32,000 nt of DNA from Candidatus Saccharimonadota bacterium (GCA_003516025.1 CP023991.1:390001-422000), one strand, 5' to 3'. Numbered from the stretch's first letter, positions 8,790 to 17,948 are shown. Notes: a model not told the origin generated them from the sequence alone. Numbers and translations are program-made.

Positions 8790-10100
8790 ATGTCTACACT
8801 CAGCCGCCGTTTACATCCCAAACAAGTTGGTCGAAGCGTTGTCTGCGCCATTTTAGAATGGCAGGTCAGGCGTTTGCGGGCGCGCCATGACATAACGGTT
8901 GTAGCTGTAGTTGGCAGCATAGGTAAAACTTCGACTAAACTGGCGATTGCTCATTCTCTGGAAGTTTCCCGGCGGGTAATCTACCAGACCGGTAATTATA
9001 ACGACCGCGTAACCGTTCCACTGGTTTTTTTCGGGCACAAATTACCCGCGCTGTTTAATGTTTGGGCCTGGACAAAAATCTTTTTTGCCAACGAGCGTAC
9101 TATCCGTTTGCCGTATTTTTATGACGTGGCCGTTCTGGAGCTCGGAACTGACCAGCCGGGTGATATCGCCGAGTTCGCCTATGTAAAACCGGACGTGGCG
9201 GTCGTAACTGCTATTACGCCGGAACATATGGAGTATTTTAAAACGCTGGACGCGGTGGCCGCGGAAGAGCTGGCGGTCTGTGACTATTCCAAAGCGGTAC
9301 TGGTTAATGCTGACGATACTCCCGCCGATTACCTTCGGGACAGGCAGGTAATGACATATGGACAGCAGGATTCCAGGGATTATTTTGCGACTGATTATAA
9401 CTCTCACAGTCTGGATGGCGGCCAGGCGAAGCTTCATTTGCCTCAAGGTCTAACTGTAGATGCGCCGGTTAAAATACTAGGCAACCAAGGCGTCAAAATC
9501 ATTCTGGCGGCTGCCGGGGCCGGGCATATGGTAGGGCTGTCTGCCGAAGAGCTGCAAAAAGGCCTCCAGGAGGTCAAGCCGTTCGCGGGCCGTATGCAGA
9601 TCTTGCCGGGCATCAAGGGCAGTACCATTATTGATGACACGTATAACGCCAGTCCGGCTCCTGTTATAGCCGGACTTGACGTACTGTATGCCGCCGATGC
9701 CCCCCAGCGGATAGCTATATTGGGAAATATGAACGAACTAGGTGACTATAGTCAGCAGGCTCACGCCGAAGTCGGTGCTTATTGCCGGCCTGAAAAACTC
9801 GATTTGGTCGTCACGATCGGGGCGGACGCGGAGCGCTATTTGCTGCCGGAGGCTCACCGGCAGGGCTGCGCGGTCCATGCTTTCAGTAGTCCTTATGATG
9901 CCGGCGAATTTGTACGCGGGCAGATGCAGCCCAGCGCGGTCGTCTTAGCCGAGGGCTCACAAAACCGGGTTTTTGCCGAAGAAGCGCTGAAAGTGTTACT
10001 ACGTGAACCGTCTGACGCGCAAAAACTGGTCAGGCAGTCGGACTACTGGATGTCTGTTAAGCGAAAACAATTCGGACCGGTAACATCCGTATCAGACTAA
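8790..10100 (+). CDS. murF: UDP-N-acetylmuramoyl-tripeptide--D-alanyl-D-alanine ligase (Mur ligase family, MurF-like)
   Basis: Mur ligase P-loop VVGSIGKTSTK, MurF-type DDTYNASP motif and LGNMNELGDYSQQAHAEVG. It lies next to ddl. The N-terminal domain is short. TATAAT at 8775-8780 precedes ATG 8790; the ORF opens at 8772. Confidence 0.8.
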   Translation: MSTLSRRLHPKQVGRSVVCAILEWQVRRLRARHDITVVAVVGSIGKTSTKLAIAHSLEVSRRVIYQTGNYNDRVTVPLVFFGHKLPALFNVWAWTKIFFANERTIRLPYFYDVAVLELGTDQPGDIAEFAYVKPDVAVVTAITPEHMEYFKTLDAVAAEELAVCDYSKAVLVNADDTPADYLRDRQVMTYGQQDSRDYFATDYNSHSLDGGQAKLHLPQGLTVDAPVKILGNQGVKIILAAAGAGHMVGLSAEELQKGLQEVKPFAGRMQILPGIKGSTIIDDTYNASPAPVIAGLDVLYAADAPQRIAILGNMNELGDYSQQAHAEVGAYCRPEKLDLVVTIGADAERYLLPEAHRQGCAVHAFSSPYDAGEFVRGQMQPSAVVLAEGSQNRVFAEEALKVLLREPSDAQKLVRQSDYWMSVKRKQFGPVTSVSD

Positions 10101-11029
10101 GCCTGCTTCCCCCTACGTGCTATCGCGGCTTCTACGAGACTGGCGCATAGCTCAGGCATATCCAGTCCGGCAGCGGCCGCAGCTTTTGGCAGCAGGCTTT
10201 GATCTGTCATGCCGGGAATGGTATTTGTTTCAAGTACGAACAATATGCTATCGCCGGAACGGACCATGATATCGGTACGAGAGAAATCAGCTATGCCTAA
10301 GGATTGGTGGATGGTACGGGATAACTCCTGGGCTTCTGCCTGTACGTCGGACGAGATATGTTGCGGCGGGCAAAGCTCCTGGGTTTTACCGTTATATTTG
10401 TTGTCATAATCAAATTCTCCGTCGCGGGGCGGAATAATTTCGATGACTGGCAGAGGATCACCGTTTAATACGCCAACGGTGATTTCCTGGCCGCTGATTA
10501 ACTGTTCGAGCAACATGTGGCCATGCCGGCTAAACGCCTCAGCAATAGCCGTCTTGTCGGCAGTTGCCGGGTCACGGACTATAAATGTATCAACGCTGGA
10601 GCCGCCGTCGTTCGGTTTCAAGACATAGGGTTCGTCCGTAAGCGGTGACCGCCATACCGATTCACTGTCGACTAATTCACCTACGGGAGTTTTAATTCCC
10701 AGCTTATGGAGGTATGGTTTGTAATTCACCTTATTGAAGCACAGATGGGAAACCTTAGAATCCGCCCCAACAAAGCAGAAATCGAAGCTCTCGAGCCATT
10801 CCTGTAGGCTGCCATCCTCGCCGCCTATGCCATGTAGGGCAGGGAAAACCACGTCGCTGTTCCGGCAGGCTGCTTCAAGTTGCCTGTCCGTCAGGGCAGC
10901 CGGATCTGCCTGGGTTACGGTATATCCTGCTGTTTGCAACGCCCGGCTGACGGCAGCCGCGGAGCGGAGCGAGACATCCCGTTCGGCTGATGTTCCTCCT
11001 CCGAGTACTGTTACGCGTATATTCGTCAT
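10097..11029 (-). CDS. ddl: D-alanine--D-alanine ligase
   Basis: ATP-grasp Ddl features are present: N-terminal VLGGGTSAERDVSLRSA, HGxxGEDG (LHGIGGEDGSLQ), and C-terminal FSRTDIMV...LETNTIPGMT. Its stop overlaps the murF stop by 4 nt. An extended -10 TGcTATACT lies 7 nt upstream of the ATG on the minus strand. Confidence 0.9.
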   Translation of the reverse strand: MTNIRVTVLGGGTSAERDVSLRSAAAVSRALQTAGYTVTQADPAALTDRQLEAACRNSDVVFPALHGIGGEDGSLQEWLESFDFCFVGADSKVSHLCFNKVNYKPYLHKLGIKTPVGELVDSESVWRSPLTDEPYVLKPNDGGSSVDTFIVRDPATADKTAIAEAFSRHGHMLLEQLISGQEITVGVLNGDPLPVIEIIPPRDGEFDYDNKYNGKTQELCPPQHISSDVQAEAQELSRTIHQSLGIADFSRTDIMVRSGDSILFVLETNTIPGMTDQSLLPKAAAAAGLDMPELCASLVEAAIARRGKQA

Positions 11030-11123
11030 TGCACGTAGTATAGCAAAAGTAAGCTTTTTTACAGACCGTAACGCCCCACTCCGCTATATTGAGCCATAGC
11101 TACTATGAAGGGAGCTATATGTC

Positions 11124-12476
11124 ATGTCTCAATCACCATACCGCGCCTCAGAAAAACGTCCTGGAATTGATGTAGTTCCCATTACCGGACCGAAAATCCA
11201 TCACAAGCCCCTCACTACTATCGTGCCGACAACACCTGATAACGGTGAGCGGATACTTGTTCGCCGTCCTCAGTTAGAGCAAATGCAGGCTGCGGGCAGC
11301 AAAGCTATGCCCCCTAAACGTCCCCTCAACGCGTTCATGATCGACCCTAAGTATTTGCGTCAAAATCCCCAGCCGGTGCCTAAGGCATCAGTTGCCGCGG
11401 CTTCCCGGCCGCGCCCCCTGGTGGCGTCCGAGCGCGTCCGTGAGCCTGTCGTATTCCGTAACGCGGTAGCATCTCCGATTATGGCTGAACGTATTCGCCG
11501 TCCCCGGACTTCAAATGCCGCGCTGAGTATGAGCGCCGCGTCCATCTCGGTGGGCGGGCTGTATGATGACTACTCATCCCGTTCCCGTAACTTACTAGCC
11601 GCCGCAGCCGCGTTTATCGCCGGGCAGTGGCATACCGTTGTCAACTACAGCTCCCGCAAACTTCATGAGCTGCGCGTACGCCATACCCGGCTTACCTATA
11701 GCATGCGTGAAGGTGTCATCGTACACGACACTGAGGCATGGGTAAAACACCTGCTCCCCGCGGCATTAGTATTATTTGTAGGCTTTTCGTTACTCGGTAC
11801 CATGCTTGCCACTGATGGCGGCCCTGCACCGACTAAGCCGCAAGGCGCCGGTGGCAGCACTAATAATGGTATTTCGGCAATCATGGGCGGCAGTACCGGT
11901 GATGGAAGTAATGCCAGCATTAAAACGCCAGGCGCGTCAGTCTCGACTAATAATGTACATTCACGTGGTGCGGTTACCTCAACGAATCCGGTCAAGGAAA
12001 TATCTACGGCTGGCGTATCCATGGCGCTACCCACACGGTCAGAATCAGCTACAGGTACTACGACCGGCGGTGTAACAGCGCCAATAATCGGGGTTGGAGG
12101 TCTTGGAGGCGGTACGGTGACTAATCCGGCTACGGGCGGTAGTGGTAGTAGCGGCGGAACCGGTAGCACCGGCGGTACGACATCGCCACTGCCTGCCTTA
12201 CCCAGCACGCCCCTTGATCCGGTGATTGAACCAATAGTCAATCCTGTTGTGGATCCGGTAACTCCGCCAATAACTCCGCCAATAGTCGCTCCTATACTTG
12301 ATCCTATTATCAATCCAACTCCTGCTCCAACTCAAGCACCCACTCAAAACGCTCCTATCCAGGTCGAGGCGCCGTTATCGCTGCCGTTGTCTGTCGACGT
12401 ATCGACGCCGCAATTAGATGTAGGCCTAACAGAAGACCCAATCATATCCGTTCCACCTATTAAGCTAGGTTTGTAA
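11124..12476 (+). CDS. Hypothetical single-pass membrane protein, largely low-complexity (Gly/Ser/Thr then Pro/Ile/Val-rich ectodomain)
   Basis: GAAGGGAG RBS 9 nt upstream of the ATG. One TM helix (LLPAALVLFVGFSLLGTMLA). C-terminal DPVIEPIVNPVVDPVTPPITPPIVAPILDPIINPTPAPTQAPTQ. No family recognised. Confidence 0.6.
   Translation: MSQSPYRASEKRPGIDVVPITGPKIHHKPLTTIVPTTPDNGERILVRRPQLEQMQAAGSKAMPPKRPLNAFMIDPKYLRQNPQPVPKASVAAASRPRPLVASERVREPVVFRNAVASPIMAERIRRPRTSNAALSMSAASISVGGLYDDYSSRSRNLLAAAAAFIAGQWHTVVNYSSRKLHELRVRHTRLTYSMREGVIVHDTEAWVKHLLPAALVLFVGFSLLGTMLATDGGPAPTKPQGAGGSTNNGISAIMGGSTGDGSNASIKTPGASVSTNNVHSRGAVTSTNPVKEISTAGVSMALPTRSESATGTTTGGVTAPIIGVGGLGGGTVTNPATGGSGSSGGTGSTGGTTSPLPALPSTPLDPVIEPIVNPVVDPVTPPITPPIVAPILDPIINPTPAPTQAPTQNAPIQVEAPLSLPLSVDVSTPQLDVGLTEDPIISVPPIKLGL
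12261..12284 (+). repeat. Perfect tandem duplication of a 12-bp unit (ACTCCGCCAATA x2) inside the Pro-rich coding region
   Basis: Read directly: 12261-12272 equals 12273-12284, encoding TPPI-TPPI. A nearby APTQ-APTQ duplication follows. Confidence 0.8.
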
Positions 12477-12500
12477 GCCTCCGTAGGGCGATGGTATAAT
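12471..12500 (+). promoter_or_regulatory. Putative strong promoter of the leuS leader (-35 TTGTAA, 18-nt spacer, extended -10 TGgTATAAT)
   Basis: TTGTAA at 12471-12476 overlaps the upstream stop codon. TG is at 12492-12493 and TATAAT at 12495-12500. leuS begins 113-120 nt downstream. Confidence 0.5.
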
Positions 12501-12619
12501 AATCAGTAATGAAAACCAGCAGCTACGTCATGTCCCAGGGTTTGCTTCTCTGGTAAAACCGGAGCTCATTTTTTACTGCATTTATAAATACTGACAACAA
12601 GTGATAAGGAGCCTACACC

Positions 12620-15085
12620 GTGCAGCGTTATAATCCTAAAGATATTGAACCAAAATGGCAACAACAGTGGGCTGAATCAAAAATTTACGAAGCTACGGAA
12701 GATGCCACTAAACCTAAGAAATATATTCTCGAATACTTCCCATACCCCAGTGGCGCCGCGATGCATGTCGGACACGTCCGTAACTATACCATCGGTGACG
12801 TCTTAGCGCGTTTTAACCGCCAGCGCGGTTACAATGTGCTGCATCCTATGGGATGGGACGCTTTTGGCCTGCCGGCCGAAAACTATGCCATCAAGACCGG
12901 CATTAGCCCCCGCCAGGCGATAGATCAAAATACCACGAAGTTTAAAGCCCAGCTCACGCAGATGGGCTTTAGTTATGACTGGTCACGGGAAATTGATTCG
13001 ACCGACCCCGCTTATTACCGTTGGACCCAGTGGTTCTTTCTGATGTTGTTCCGCCGCGGCCTGGCTTATCAGCAGGAAAGCTTGCAGTGGTGGTGTCCAG
13101 TCGATAAAACGGTTCTGGCGAACGAGCAGGTTGAGAACGGCCATTGTTGGCGCTGTGGCAGTGAAGTCGAAAAGAAGGCCCTCAAACAGTGGTTCTTCAA
13201 GATTACTGACTACGCTGACCGGCTAAGCGAAGATCTTGATAATGTTAACTGGAGTGATTCGATAAAAAGCATGCAGCGCAACTGGATTGGCCGCTCGAAC
13301 GGCGCGGAAATCAGCTGGCAGGTATGCGACAAAGAGGGACATGAAACCGGCGTCAGTTTCGATACCTTCACTACTCGCAAAGACACCATTCCTGGTGTGA
13401 CGTTTATCGTAGTAGCTCCGGAATACGAACGCCTGGACGAGCTGACGGCTGATGATCATCATGCCCGCGTGCATAGCTACCGCCAGGACGCACTGCGCCT
13501 GACCGATGTCCAGCGCCAGGAAGACAAAGCGAAAAGTGGTGTGTTTACCGGACGCTACGCTAAAAACCCGTTCAATGGTGATATCGTACCGATTTACATC
13601 GCTAATTACGTGCTGGCTGGTTATGGAACCGGCGCGGTCATGGGAATGGGCGGCCATGATGAGCGCGACCGCGAGTTCAGTTTACGGCATGACATTCCAG
13701 TTAAGATTACTACTGAGGTACCGGAAGAATACCAGGATCTTTCCAGTACGAAAGTGTGGGCAGCAAAGCAGGGTAAACAGATTAATTCCGGTGCGCCGTA
13801 TGACGGCATGGAAAACTTGGATGCCGGCCGGTTAATCTTTGAAAAGATGGCCGCTGCCGGCACTGCCCGTGACAAGACTAACTACAAAATGCGTGACTGG
13901 CTGATCAGCCGGCAGCGTTACTGGGGCGCTCCTATCCCTATTATCCACTGTGAAAAGGATGGACCGGTGGCCGTTCCCGACGATCAGTTACCTGTCGTAC
14001 TGCCTGAACTTGATACATTCGAGCCAAGCGGTGATGGCCGGAGTCCGCTGGCCCGCGTGCCAGAATTCGTTAACACTACCTGTCCGAAATGCGGCGGTCC
14101 GGCCGAGCGCGAGACCGACACCATGGACGGTTTTGCCTGCAGCAGCTGGTATTTCCTGCGTTTTGCCGACCCGCACAACAACGACCAGCCGTTTGACGCC
14201 GATAAGGCTAAATTCTGGCTGCCGGTCGACGACTACATCGGTGGCGCCGAGCATGCCGTCATGCATCTGCTGTACGCCCGAATGTGGACTAAAGTTATGT
14301 ACGACGAGGGCATGATCGACTTCGTAGAACCGTTTACCACCCTGCGCAACCAGGGCATGATTCTGGCACCCGACGGCGCAAAGATGAGCAAAAGTAAGGG
14401 TAATACCATTGAACCGGGCGTACTGATTGACCAGGGTTATGGCGCCGACGCTATCCGCATCATGGAAATGTTTATTGGGCCATGGAACCAGGCTGCCAAC
14501 TGGAGCGTTGAGGGCATGGGCGGTGCCTACCGCTTCCTGCAGCGCGTCTGGACCCTGGTGCAGGAGTTTACTGACCGCGAACGGGGCGAAGCTGACTCAA
14601 GCGAATTACTGCGCGCCTGCCACAAGGCCATCAAGAAGATAACGTCGGATATTGAGGCGCTTAACTTTAACACGGCCATCGCGAGCCTCATGGAACTCAC
14701 GAACGAGCTATTCAAGCTGAAAGCGGCCGATAACTACGCTGCGGCAGCCTGGCAGGACACACTGGTGACCGTAACCCAGCTGCTGGCCCCATTCGCGCCG
14801 CACATCGCGGAAGAATTATGGCAGCAGCTTAATCAGGACGGATCAGTACACACGAGCGACTGGCCGGTAGCCAATGATCGCTATCTGGTCGACGATACTT
14901 TGCGTGTGGCCGTGCAGGTTAACGGCAAGCTCAGGGGTGAGTTACAGGTAGCCGTTAGCACTACCGAAGACGAAATTGTAGCTCTTGCTCAGGCCGACCC
15001 TAAAGTGGCTCCTCATGTTGCGGGTAAGCAGATTAGGAAAACCGTATACGTACCCGGACGCCTGGTGAACTTCGTCGTTGGGTAG
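12620..15085 (+). CDS. leuS: Leucine--tRNA ligase
   Basis: HIGH motif (AMHVGHVRNY), KMSKS motif (AKMSKSKGN), CP1 editing domain and zinc-binding CWRCG/CPKCG. GTG start with AAGGAG RBS at 12607-12612. Confidence 0.95.
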   Translation: MQRYNPKDIEPKWQQQWAESKIYEATEDATKPKKYILEYFPYPSGAAMHVGHVRNYTIGDVLARFNRQRGYNVLHPMGWDAFGLPAENYAIKTGISPRQAIDQNTTKFKAQLTQMGFSYDWSREIDSTDPAYYRWTQWFFLMLFRRGLAYQQESLQWWCPVDKTVLANEQVENGHCWRCGSEVEKKALKQWFFKITDYADRLSEDLDNVNWSDSIKSMQRNWIGRSNGAEISWQVCDKEGHETGVSFDTFTTRKDTIPGVTFIVVAPEYERLDELTADDHHARVHSYRQDALRLTDVQRQEDKAKSGVFTGRYAKNPFNGDIVPIYIANYVLAGYGTGAVMGMGGHDERDREFSLRHDIPVKITTEVPEEYQDLSSTKVWAAKQGKQINSGAPYDGMENLDAGRLIFEKMAAAGTARDKTNYKMRDWLISRQRYWGAPIPIIHCEKDGPVAVPDDQLPVVLPELDTFEPSGDGRSPLARVPEFVNTTCPKCGGPAERETDTMDGFACSSWYFLRFADPHNNDQPFDADKAKFWLPVDDYIGGAEHAVMHLLYARMWTKVMYDEGMIDFVEPFTTLRNQGMILAPDGAKMSKSKGNTIEPGVLIDQGYGADAIRIMEMFIGPWNQAANWSVEGMGGAYRFLQRVWTLVQEFTDRERGEADSSELLRACHKAIKKITSDIEALNFNTAIASLMELTNELFKLKAADNYAAAAWQDTLVTVTQLLAPFAPHIAEELWQQLNQDGSVHTSDWPVANDRYLVDDTLRVAVQVNGKLRGELQVAVSTTEDEIVALAQADPKVAPHVAGKQIRKTVYVPGRLVNFVVG

Positions 15086-15232
15086 AACGAAAAACGCTGC
15101 TTACAACACAAAATCATAACAAAGTAAAATTGACGTCTTGTATTCGACGCTGTTTTCCCGTAAAATAGTGTCAAATATACCAAACATAACGCTACTGTCG
15201 ATTACCTTTCGATAGCAGAGGAGTATTTTCAT

Positions 15233-15376
15233 ATGGGTAAGCCAAAGAAACGCACCAGTCCACGCGCTACCGGCGCACGCCGCAGCCACTTAGTTCTTAA
15301 GCTCGCACGAGCCGTTAATGCCAAATCGCCAGTTAAGGCCTTTACTACCCGCCGCGAATCCAGCAAGCAGGTTTAA
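15233..15376 (+). CDS. rpmF: 50S ribosomal protein L32 (47 aa, cysteine-free form)
   Basis: Not in the ORF track because it is under 60 aa. ATG 15233 is preceded by GAGGAG (15218-15223). It translates to MGKPKKRTSPRATGARRSHLVLKLARAVNAKSPVKAFTTRRESSKQV. The N-terminus matches the L32 signature (PKxKTSxxRxxxRRSH). Confidence 0.7.
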   Translation: MGKPKKRTSPRATGARRSHLVLKLARAVNAKSPVKAFTTRRESSKQV

Positions 15377-15474
15377 ATCGTTCACTAAAAGGGCTTACGG
15401 CTACCGATTACCGGGTTATACTGATATGAGACGACGGTAATAATTAAGCGCAAGTAAGGGGAAACTTTAACAAT

Positions 15475-15972
15475 ATGGCATCAAATCGTCACCTTGGTCG
15501 AATCATCGCACTCCAAACACTGTATGAAGAGGAGTTTCGTCGTGATGCCGGTGATACCGAATTTGACCTGAGTGGAGTGCTCGACCGCAATGTCGAACGC
15601 TACGCCGAAATGGTCGATGACGTTGAGTTTATAACGCGTCTGGTTCACGGCGTGCTCGCCAAGGCGCCAGAGCTTGATGCCGTACTGCAGCCAATCGCTC
15701 CGGAATGGCCTATCGACCAGATAGCGCGAATGGACCGCCTGGTACTGCGCATTGGGCTGTACGAACTGCTGCATGAGAACGACGTACCACCGAAAGTGGT
15801 TATTAACGAGGCAGTGGAGCTGGCCAAAGCTTTTGGCGGCGAAAACTCCAGCAAATTTATCAATGGCGTACTGGGAACGGTGCTGCGGCAGCGTGATACA
15901 CCTGAAGCACCAGCCGGAAAGCAGGCTGACGAGCAATCAGAATCGTCTGAGGAAGCAGCAAAGGCGGCCTAG
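15475..15972 (+). CDS. nusB: Transcription antitermination factor NusB with acidic C-terminal tail
   Basis: NusB-like helical core (RIIALQTLYEEEF..., INEAVELAKAFGGENSSKFINGVLG). C-terminal tail PEAPAGKQADEQSESSEEAAKAA. Confidence 0.85.
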   Translation: MASNRHLGRIIALQTLYEEEFRRDAGDTEFDLSGVLDRNVERYAEMVDDVEFITRLVHGVLAKAPELDAVLQPIAPEWPIDQIARMDRLVLRIGLYELLHENDVPPKVVINEAVELAKAFGGENSSKFINGVLGTVLRQRDTPEAPAGKQADEQSESSEEAAKAA

Positions 15973-16559
15973 TGGACTCCGGTGAGCGGAAGGACCAGGG
16001 CCAACGGCAAAATCAGGCTGGTCAGGCCGGTTCGAACAGAGGTTCGCGCCGCTCATTTATTAAGCGGCCCCGCCCGCTGCAAGGGATCAAAGATTTTGTC
16101 AGCAAACGCCGGCCTTCAATAGACGAAGTGGTACGCGAGACTACCTCGGGCGGCATTGTTTTCCGCCGTAACGCTCAGTCGAATAAGTTAGAGATCCTGC
16201 TTATCAAAGACGCCAAAAACCGTTGGACTATCCCTAAAGGTCATGTCGAAGAAGGCGAGCAGCCGAATCAAACCGCGGAACGCGAAATCCGCGAGGAAAC
16301 CGGCCTGCAGGAAATGAAAGTGTATGACTGGCTGGGCAAAGTGAACTTCCGTTACCGGCGCACCCATACGCTGGTACTTATGACTATGCATATCTATTTG
16401 GTGAACGGGCTGGGCGACACCGATAAACTGCAGGGCGAAGACTGGCTGACCGACATTAAATGGTTGCCAGCGCACGAAGCGGTCGATAAAATTGCCTATG
16501 AAGATATCGGCAAACTAATGCTTCTGGGTATGAAAAAAATCCGCGATCTAAAACTGTAG
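15972..16559 (+). CDS. NUDIX hydrolase with Arg/Gln-rich N-terminal extension
   Basis: Nudix box GHVEEGEQPNQTAEREIREETGL (Gx5Ex7REUxEExGU). The ORF opens with GTG at 15972, sharing one base with the nusB stop. There is no in-frame ATG before the Nudix fold, so the true start is uncertain; an in-frame GTG in EVVRETT, just upstream of the fold, is an alternative. Confidence 0.8.
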   Translation: MDSGERKDQGQRQNQAGQAGSNRGSRRSFIKRPRPLQGIKDFVSKRRPSIDEVVRETTSGGIVFRRNAQSNKLEILLIKDAKNRWTIPKGHVEEGEQPNQTAEREIREETGLQEMKVYDWLGKVNFRYRRTHTLVLMTMHIYLVNGLGDTDKLQGEDWLTDIKWLPAHEAVDKIAYEDIGKLMLLGMKKIRDLKL

Positions 16560-16600
16560 TGACGAAATTATAAAGAAGAAACGATAGAGACCACACTATT

Positions 16601-17296
16601 ATGGATACCACACCGTACATCGAATTCGCTCAAGAAAAACTTGGCGTTACCTATAACAATATTGAACTGCTGATTACCGCTTTTACGCACCGTTCCTATG
16701 TTAACGAGCATAAAAAGACTGTCAGCGTGCATAACGAGCGCCTGGAGTTCCTCGGTGACGCCGTGCTGGAGCTGGTGGTCACTGAATACCTGTACAGTAA
16801 CTTCGAAGAGCCGGAAGGTATCCTTACCAACTGGCGCAGCGCGTTGGTGCGCACGGAGAGTATCGGCGCGGCCGCCGCGAAGTTCGGTTTTGAGCCGTTA
16901 CTGCGGTTAAGCCGCGGCGAAAAGCGTGGTTCTGACCGGGCCCGCGAACAGATCCTGGCTAACAGCTTCGAAGCCGTGACCGGTTCGCTGTACCTGGATC
17001 AGGGCTATGACGCCGCGAAAAAGTTCATTACTAAAGCAATTCTGGCGACGTTTGACGAAATTCTCAAAACCGGTTCGTGGATGGATCCCAAGAGCCATTT
17101 ACAGGAAGTAGTGCAGTCAAAGGAAGGCTACACGCCGGTGTATAAAGTACTGGAAGAAGTCGGGCCTGACCACGATAAGATGTTTACCGTGGGTGTCTTC
17201 GTGAACAACGTCCTCCGCGGCCAGGGCGATGGCCCCAGTAAGCAGGCTGGCCAGCAAAAGGCTGCCGAGGCGGCGCTGCAGTACTATAATTCCTAG
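16601..17296 (+). CDS. rnc: Ribonuclease III
   Basis: RNase III signature ERLEFLGDAVLELVVTEYLY, catalytic NSFEAVTGSLYLD, and a C-terminal dsRBD (GPDHDKMFTVGVFV...SKQAGQQKAAEAAL). Confidence 0.9.
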   Translation: MDTTPYIEFAQEKLGVTYNNIELLITAFTHRSYVNEHKKTVSVHNERLEFLGDAVLELVVTEYLYSNFEEPEGILTNWRSALVRTESIGAAAAKFGFEPLLRLSRGEKRGSDRAREQILANSFEAVTGSLYLDQGYDAAKKFITKAILATFDEILKTGSWMDPKSHLQEVVQSKEGYTPVYKVLEEVGPDHDKMFTVGVFVNNVLRGQGDGPSKQAGQQKAAEAALQYYNS

Positions 17297-17331
17297 AATC
17301 ACTGTCTTTGCGTAGTGAGTCGCGGTCGAGG

Positions 17332-17360
17332 TTGACAACAGGGGCGCTTATCTGTAGAAT
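17332..17360 (+). promoter_or_regulatory. Near-consensus sigma-70 promoter upstream of rpsP (TTGACA-17 nt-TAGAAT)
   Basis: TTGACA at 17332-17337, a 17-nt spacer and TAGAAT at 17355-17360. An approximately 80-nt leader with an imperfect hairpin (CTCCGGTCGGT...ACCAACCGAG) precedes ATG 17445. Confidence 0.55.
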
Positions 17361-17444
17361 AGGAAAGATTACTTTGTGAAACTTTAAAGTGCTCCGGTCG
17401 GTAAGATTAGACCAACCGAGTTAAGAAAGAGAGTTAAGAACTAT

Positions 17445-17828
17445 ATGCTATCAATTCGTATGCAACGTACCGGTCGTAAAGGACATGCCATGTTCCGTGT
17501 TGTCGTCCAGGAATCACGCCTGACTCCAACCAGTGGTAAGGTTGTTGCTCAGCTTGGTAGCTATGATCCTCACGCTAAGACCGTTACTCTCGACAAAGAA
17601 AAGGCTGCCCTTTTCCTGAACAACGGCGCGCAGCCATCCGACCGCGCCGCGGTATTGCTGCAAAAAGAAGGCATCGAACTGCCTAAGTGGGTTAAATTGC
17701 CAACTCAGAAGACTGGTAAGATCCGTAACGCCGACAAGCTTCGCCGCAATCAACCCAAAGAAGTAGCCGTTGCTGAAGAAGCTCCTGCCGACGAACCAGC
17801 AGCCGAAACCGGCACTACTGAGTCTTAA
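17445..17828 (+). CDS. rpsP: 30S ribosomal protein S16 with charged C-terminal extension
   Basis: N-terminus MLSIRMQRTGRKGHAMFRVVVQESR matches the S16 consensus (MVxIRLxRxGxKKxPxYRIVV). The C-terminal 40 aa are low complexity (AVAEEAPADEPAAETGTTES). Confidence 0.9.
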   Translation: MLSIRMQRTGRKGHAMFRVVVQESRLTPTSGKVVAQLGSYDPHAKTVTLDKEKAALFLNNGAQPSDRAAVLLQKEGIELPKWVKLPTQKTGKIRNADKLRRNQPKEVAVAEEAPADEPAAETGTTES

Positions 17829-17874
17829 ATTCACCCCCAAGCGGAATTTTATACACCGCATAGATGTCGAACTG

Positions 17875-17900
17875 CCCTACAATTACTGTAGGGCTTTTTG
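17875..17900 (+). terminator. Intrinsic terminator after rpsP
   Basis: GCCCTACA-ATTAC-TGTAGGGC followed by TTTTT (17896-17900). A TATAAT box at 17903-17908 follows immediately. Confidence 0.6.
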
Positions 17901-17948
17901 ATATAATACAAAAGTCACAAGTGTTATTGATTAAACCAGGAGACAAAC

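Noticed and set aside
12500-12619. T-box riboswitch upstream of leuS
   Set aside because: The leader is only about 113 nt. It has no T-box consensus (GGGTGGTACCGCG-like) and no Stem I specifier-loop architecture that I could find.
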